A stretch of DNA of 64,000 nucleotides from Octopus sinensis. Its lineage: Eukaryota. The DNA lies in NCBI RefSeq assembly GCF_006345805.1, contig NC_042998.1:80538001-80602000 (forward strand), read 5' to 3'. The notes beneath the pieces are model-generated. The model saw only the letters and a list, made by a program, of their open reading frames with translations, was not told the DNA's origin and did not search any database. Positions 59,244-64,000 of this stretch are shown here, one piece after another. The number at the start of each line of letters is the position of its first letter. Position 1 is the stretch's first letter. Both the position numbers and the translations under genes were made by a program.

Positions 59244-59398
59244 CAAACACACACATATAAGGGCAGCCTTTGACTTTTTCAACCTAATATTTACAGGGTA
59301 TTATTTATAGCTTTGTATGTACTTCAAGAATCAATACCCACCAAAAAAAATCATCACCTTCTCAAAGTTATAATTCTTATGTCAACTATATATATATT

Positions 59399-59786
59399 TT
59401 TCTTTTACTTGTTTCAGTCATTTTGACTGCGGCCATGCTGGAGCACCGCCTTTAATCGAGCAACTCGACCCCGGAACTTGTTCTTTGTAAGCCCAGTACT
59501 TATTCTATTGGTCTCTTTTGCCGAACCACTAAGTGACGGGGACATAAACACACCAGCATCGGTTGTCAAGCAATGCTAGGGGGACAAACACACACACACA
59601 AACATACACGCACATACATATATACGACGGGCTTCTTTCAGTTTCCGTCTACCAAATCCACTCACAAGGCTTTGGTCGGCCTGAAGCTATAGTAGAAGAC
59701 ACTTGCCCAAGGTGCTACGCAGTGGGACTGAACCCGGAACCATGTGGTTGGTAAACAAGCTACTTACACACAGCCACTCCTGCGCC

Positions 59787-59787
<1 letters not shown>
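59399..59787 (-). mobile_element. Full-length CORE-type SINE (family B), young copy
   Basis: Minus reads GGCGCAGGAGTGGCTGTG...GGGTTCAGTCCCACTGCGTAGCACCTTGGGCAAGTGTCTTC...(TG)n...GGCGGTGCTCCAGCATGGCCGCAGTC...TGAAACAAGTAAAAGA. Confidence 0.88.
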
Positions 59788-59831
<44 letters not shown>

Positions 59832-60939
59832 CATACATATACACACACACACACATTACTTAGAGTGATACTAATAGCCTGGTGTTAGAACTCAATATAC
59901 ATATGCTTCACAATAAAGCATTAGTCAAGTACAGAGTGTAATATGATTAAATAAATGACAAAGGAACAAGAAATTATGCAATTAACTTCATTAGCACTGC
60001 ATATCATAGCACAAACAGCTGCAAGCTAATGAAGTTTATAGCATAATTTCCTGTTTCTCTGGCATTTATTTAATTTCATATATATACATATATTACACAT
60101 ATACTTACAAGTGTAATATACAGACACATTTGTACAAATATGAATACATGTGCATGCCATTGTTGTCTGACTTACAAGGTCCAGCATTCTGAGATAGTCT
60201 TCACCACTTGCTTCTGTTTTGCAGGTTCCATCTATTTTTATTCTCAATATTTGTTCAGCCAGCTGTCATTCTTTATATACATCAAATATCTCAACTGACA
60301 ATCTTCTCTCTCGCACACTATACACAATGACTATTATTATGACTTTTTCTTTTTTCTCAGCTCATCTATACTCCATCATTCATGCAAGCAGACAGTACAT
60401 AGTTGAGTATGATTACCTGATTTCTCTCCAGGAATAGCAAAAGGCCTGCATTCAGTGCCCACATCTTGCTTACATGCATTACTGCATTTCATTCACAAGC
60501 TTTATATAATGTAACCTTCACTCTCAAAGCTTTTGTTTTCAACAGAATTCCCTGAACTTTTTTCACCTTATCCTAACTCTTGCTATTACTTTCACAAACC
60601 CAACAGCATGGCCAATTCTTAAATAGCAAAAGAGTTCTGTATTCTTTTTTTCTAACTGAAACCATTTTCTTTGCTACGTAAAATTTTAGGCCTTTTGATT
60701 TTGGACCCTACTTCCATATATAGAACTTTTAATTCTTCAACAGATTTAGGTATGGAGATAAATCTTGGCTTGCTGGAGTTACTTCAAAAACCCCGTCTTC
60801 AACTCTCTCATCATGGCTTGGAGAACTGTAATAAACAGGAGGAAATGAGAACCAAGCTCTATGGACACACACAGGCATAGGTAAATACATATACACTCAT
60901 ATACAAAATATACTAGACTCACATATACGTACACAGGCA

Positions 60940-60987
<48 letters not shown>

Positions 60988-61037
60988 TACACACATACAC
61001 CCAATATATCCACATACATAATACACATGTTCGTTAG

Positions 61038-62335
61038 GTGTGTATATATATATTATCCGTAACCAAAAGGACTTGTAAAACAATTTTTCCTCATCAATAG
61101 GAGGTTTAAATAGTCGGCATGTATACATACACACGCACATTCGTATTTGTATTCATTCCGAATGGTGACAGCTCTGAAGAGAGGTAAGGAAACAACGCAC
61201 TGTAAATAAAACATCTGCGAACACATACACACAATTACTGTCGTATGCATTTGAAATTGACGAAGCTAATTTCTTTTGTTGGAAACGATAATCGACAGAG
61301 CGTTGGGCATGATGCAGTATGGCATTTGGTTACGTCCCTTTACAGTCTACGTCCAAATCCTACTCGGGTCGACTTTGCCTCTCATCTTTCGATGGCGATA
61401 AAATAAATGATGGCATACAAGTACTAGTGGCGGTGGTGGTGGGGCGATATAGCCATCAACTCGACAGTCCTTAGAAGGCGGTGCCCCAGAATATCTATGT
61501 CCGATGATAAAAATCAGTAATACGACATTAAACGTTAAAAACCTGTAATGATGAACGAGGTTCTTGACAGCCTGGGAACCGTTCTCTATATAAATCAGCA
61601 ACGTATTTCAATAAAACAAAATACAAGACACTTTGTACATGCAAAAACACATCTTTATTTTAATCGCTGTCACTTAAACTTTTATACACATATATACATA
61701 CATAATACACACACACATTTAATCGAAAAAAGTTACGAAGTAGCTCAAGGGCCGAGAGTTTCGCAGAGAGAGAAAGATACTATATATAGTGAATTCTCGG
61801 TCGCTCTCTAAGACGAGCATACAATTCTTCGATCCTTACTCGTTAAATTAACACATAAGAAGCGAAATATTCCTCAGGCATGTATATCCTTAACACAATT
61901 TTCAAACCGAATCAGCGCGACAAAATTGAACCATTTTTATCGATCCGAAACAACGAGAGCTAAAGTCGAACTCGGAACGCCAAGAGCCGGAACGAATACA
62001 GCAAGGAATCCTATCTGACGCTCTAACGATTCTGCTAATCCACCTATACACTATATATGTATATATAGCTAGATAGATAGAGAGAGGGTTTGTCTATCTA
62101 TCACACTATAGTTGGTTCGTACCGATTTTAGTGTCATATTTTCTCTCTCTCACACATACATACGTATCATAACGAATTGAAGATGACCAAGACTGAAAAT
62201 TGTATTGTCTGGCCAGTTAGATGACTGATGAGAACTATCCAAGCCAAAAATCCACTCACATATGTAGGGCACGTATGGGAAGATGCGAGACTTGGATGCT
62301 GGTAACTCTAGCTTTGCAAAATAAACGCTTCTTAC

Positions 62336-62370
<35 letters not shown>

Positions 62371-63891
62371 CACACACACACACTATATATATGTGTGTGT
62401 GTACACAGACATTTTTATTTAAAAGTTTACACTACGGCAGTTTTAACCCTTGGGCACATTTCGTGTGTGTGTATATATATATTATCCGTAACCAAAAGGA
62501 CTTGTAAAACAATTTTTCCTCATCAATAGGAGGTTTAAATAGTCGGCATGTATACATACACACGCACATTCGTATTTGTATTCATTCCGAATGGTGACAG
62601 CTCTGAAGAGAGGTAAGGAAACAACGCACTGTAAATAAAACATCTGCGAACACATACACACAATTACTGTCGTATGCATTTGAAATTGACGAAGCTAATT
62701 TCTTTTGTTGGAAACGATAATCGACAGAGCGTTGGGCATGATGCAGTATGGCATTTGGTTACGTCCCTTTACAGTCTACGTCCAAATCCTACTCGGGTCG
62801 ACTTTGCCTCTCATCTTTCGATGGCGATAAAATAAATGATGGCATACAAGTACTAGTGGCGGTGGTGGTGGGGCGATATAGCCATCAACTCGACAGTCCT
62901 TAGAAGGCGGTGCCCCAGAATATCTATGTCCGATGATAAAAATCAGTAATACGACATTAAACGTTAAAAACCTGTAATGATGAACGAGGTTCTTGACAGC
63001 CTGGGAACCGTTCTCTATATAAATCAGCAACGTATTTCAATAAAACAAAATACAAGACACTTTGTACATGCAAAAACACATCTTTATTTTAATCGCTGTC
63101 ACTTAAACTTTTATACACATATATACATACATAATACACACACACATTTAATCGAAAAAAGTTACGAAGTAGCTCAAGGGCCGAGAGTTTCGCAGAGAGA
63201 GAAAGATACTATATATAGTGAATTCTCGGTCGCTCTCTAAGACGAGCATACAATTCTTCGATCCTTACTCGTTAAATTAACACATAAGAAGCGAAATATT
63301 CCTCAGGCATGTATATCCTTAACACAATTTTCAAACCGAATCAGCGCGACAAAATTGAACCATTTTTATCGATCCGAAACAACGAGAGCTAAAGTCGAAC
63401 TCGGAACGCCAAGAGCCGGAACGAATACAGCAAGGAATCCTATCTGACGCTCTAACGATTCTGCTAATCCACCTATACACTATATATGTATATATAGCTA
63501 GATAGATAGAGAGAGGGTTTGTCTATCTATCACACTATAGTTGGTTCGTACCGATTTTAGTGTCATATTTTCTCTCTCTCACACATACATACGTATCATA
63601 ACGAATTGAAGATGACCAAGACTGAAAATTGTATTGTCTGGCCAGTTAGATGACTGATGAGAACTATCCAAGCCAAAAATCCACTCACATATGTAGGGCA
63701 CGTATGGGAAGATGCGAGACTTGGATGCTGGTAACTCTAGCTTTGCAAAATAAACGCTTCTTACATTATTATTATTATTATTATATATATATACACACAC
63801 ACACACACTATATATATGTGTGTGTGTACACAGACATTTTTATTTAAAAGTTTACACTACGGCAGTTTTAACCCTTGGGCACATTTCGTGT
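61038..63891 (+). repeat. Near-identical tandem duplication (61038..62466, 1429 bp; 62467..63891, 1425 bp)
   Basis: The ORF track repeats at offset 1429. The only difference I found is (TTA)8(TA)4 versus (TTA)6(TA)5. Confidence 0.95.
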
Positions 63892-64000
63892 GTGTGTATA
63901 ATATATATATATATATATATATATATTATGTGTATAATATATATATATATATACACATTCATACATACATACACACGAAATGAAAAGTATCCTTATAATT

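Noticed and set aside
61053-63847. Repeated ORFs as a duplicated small gene or CRISPR-like array
   Set aside because: They are by-products of the tandem duplication and microsatellites; there is no repeat-spacer structure and the context is eukaryotic.

Overview
AT-rich, intron-rich animal genomic DNA. The SINE, RTE and MITE repertoire and microsatellite load point to an octopus (coleoid cephalopod); the taxon is inferred. Two genes converge tail to tail. (1) KDM1A/LSD1 lies on + as 17 coding exons (4509..37299) that I could splice into one stop-free frame of 734 aa (SWIRM, FAD amine oxidase and Tower domains). Its first exon was not found and probably lies left of the window. (2) Akirin lies on - as its last three coding exons (43389..43661, 41299..41370, 41184..41194), ending SYIS*. 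Its first exon was not found, so intron 1 is probably >20 kb. The rest is transposon debris: a near-complete RTE LINE with an internal PHD-type finger, a second RTE fragment, an old 5'-inverted LINE with a 10-bp TSD, CR1-group and Penelope-like relics, two mariners, one Tc1, TTAA (piggyBac-type) MITEs, a Mutator-like foldback MITE and many SINEs. I did not find an unambiguous new biological system. The best leads are two perfect 42-bp inverted repeats exactly 300 bp apart in one KDM1A intron, a candidate 15-nt microexon in the intron equivalent to the host of mammalian neuronal exon 8a, an in-frame alternative acceptor at the exon-2a-equivalent junction, the twin-primed LINE, and a 1.43-kb near-identical tandem duplication. 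All coordinates were counted by hand; repeat boundaries are approximate unless a TSD or TIR is stated.
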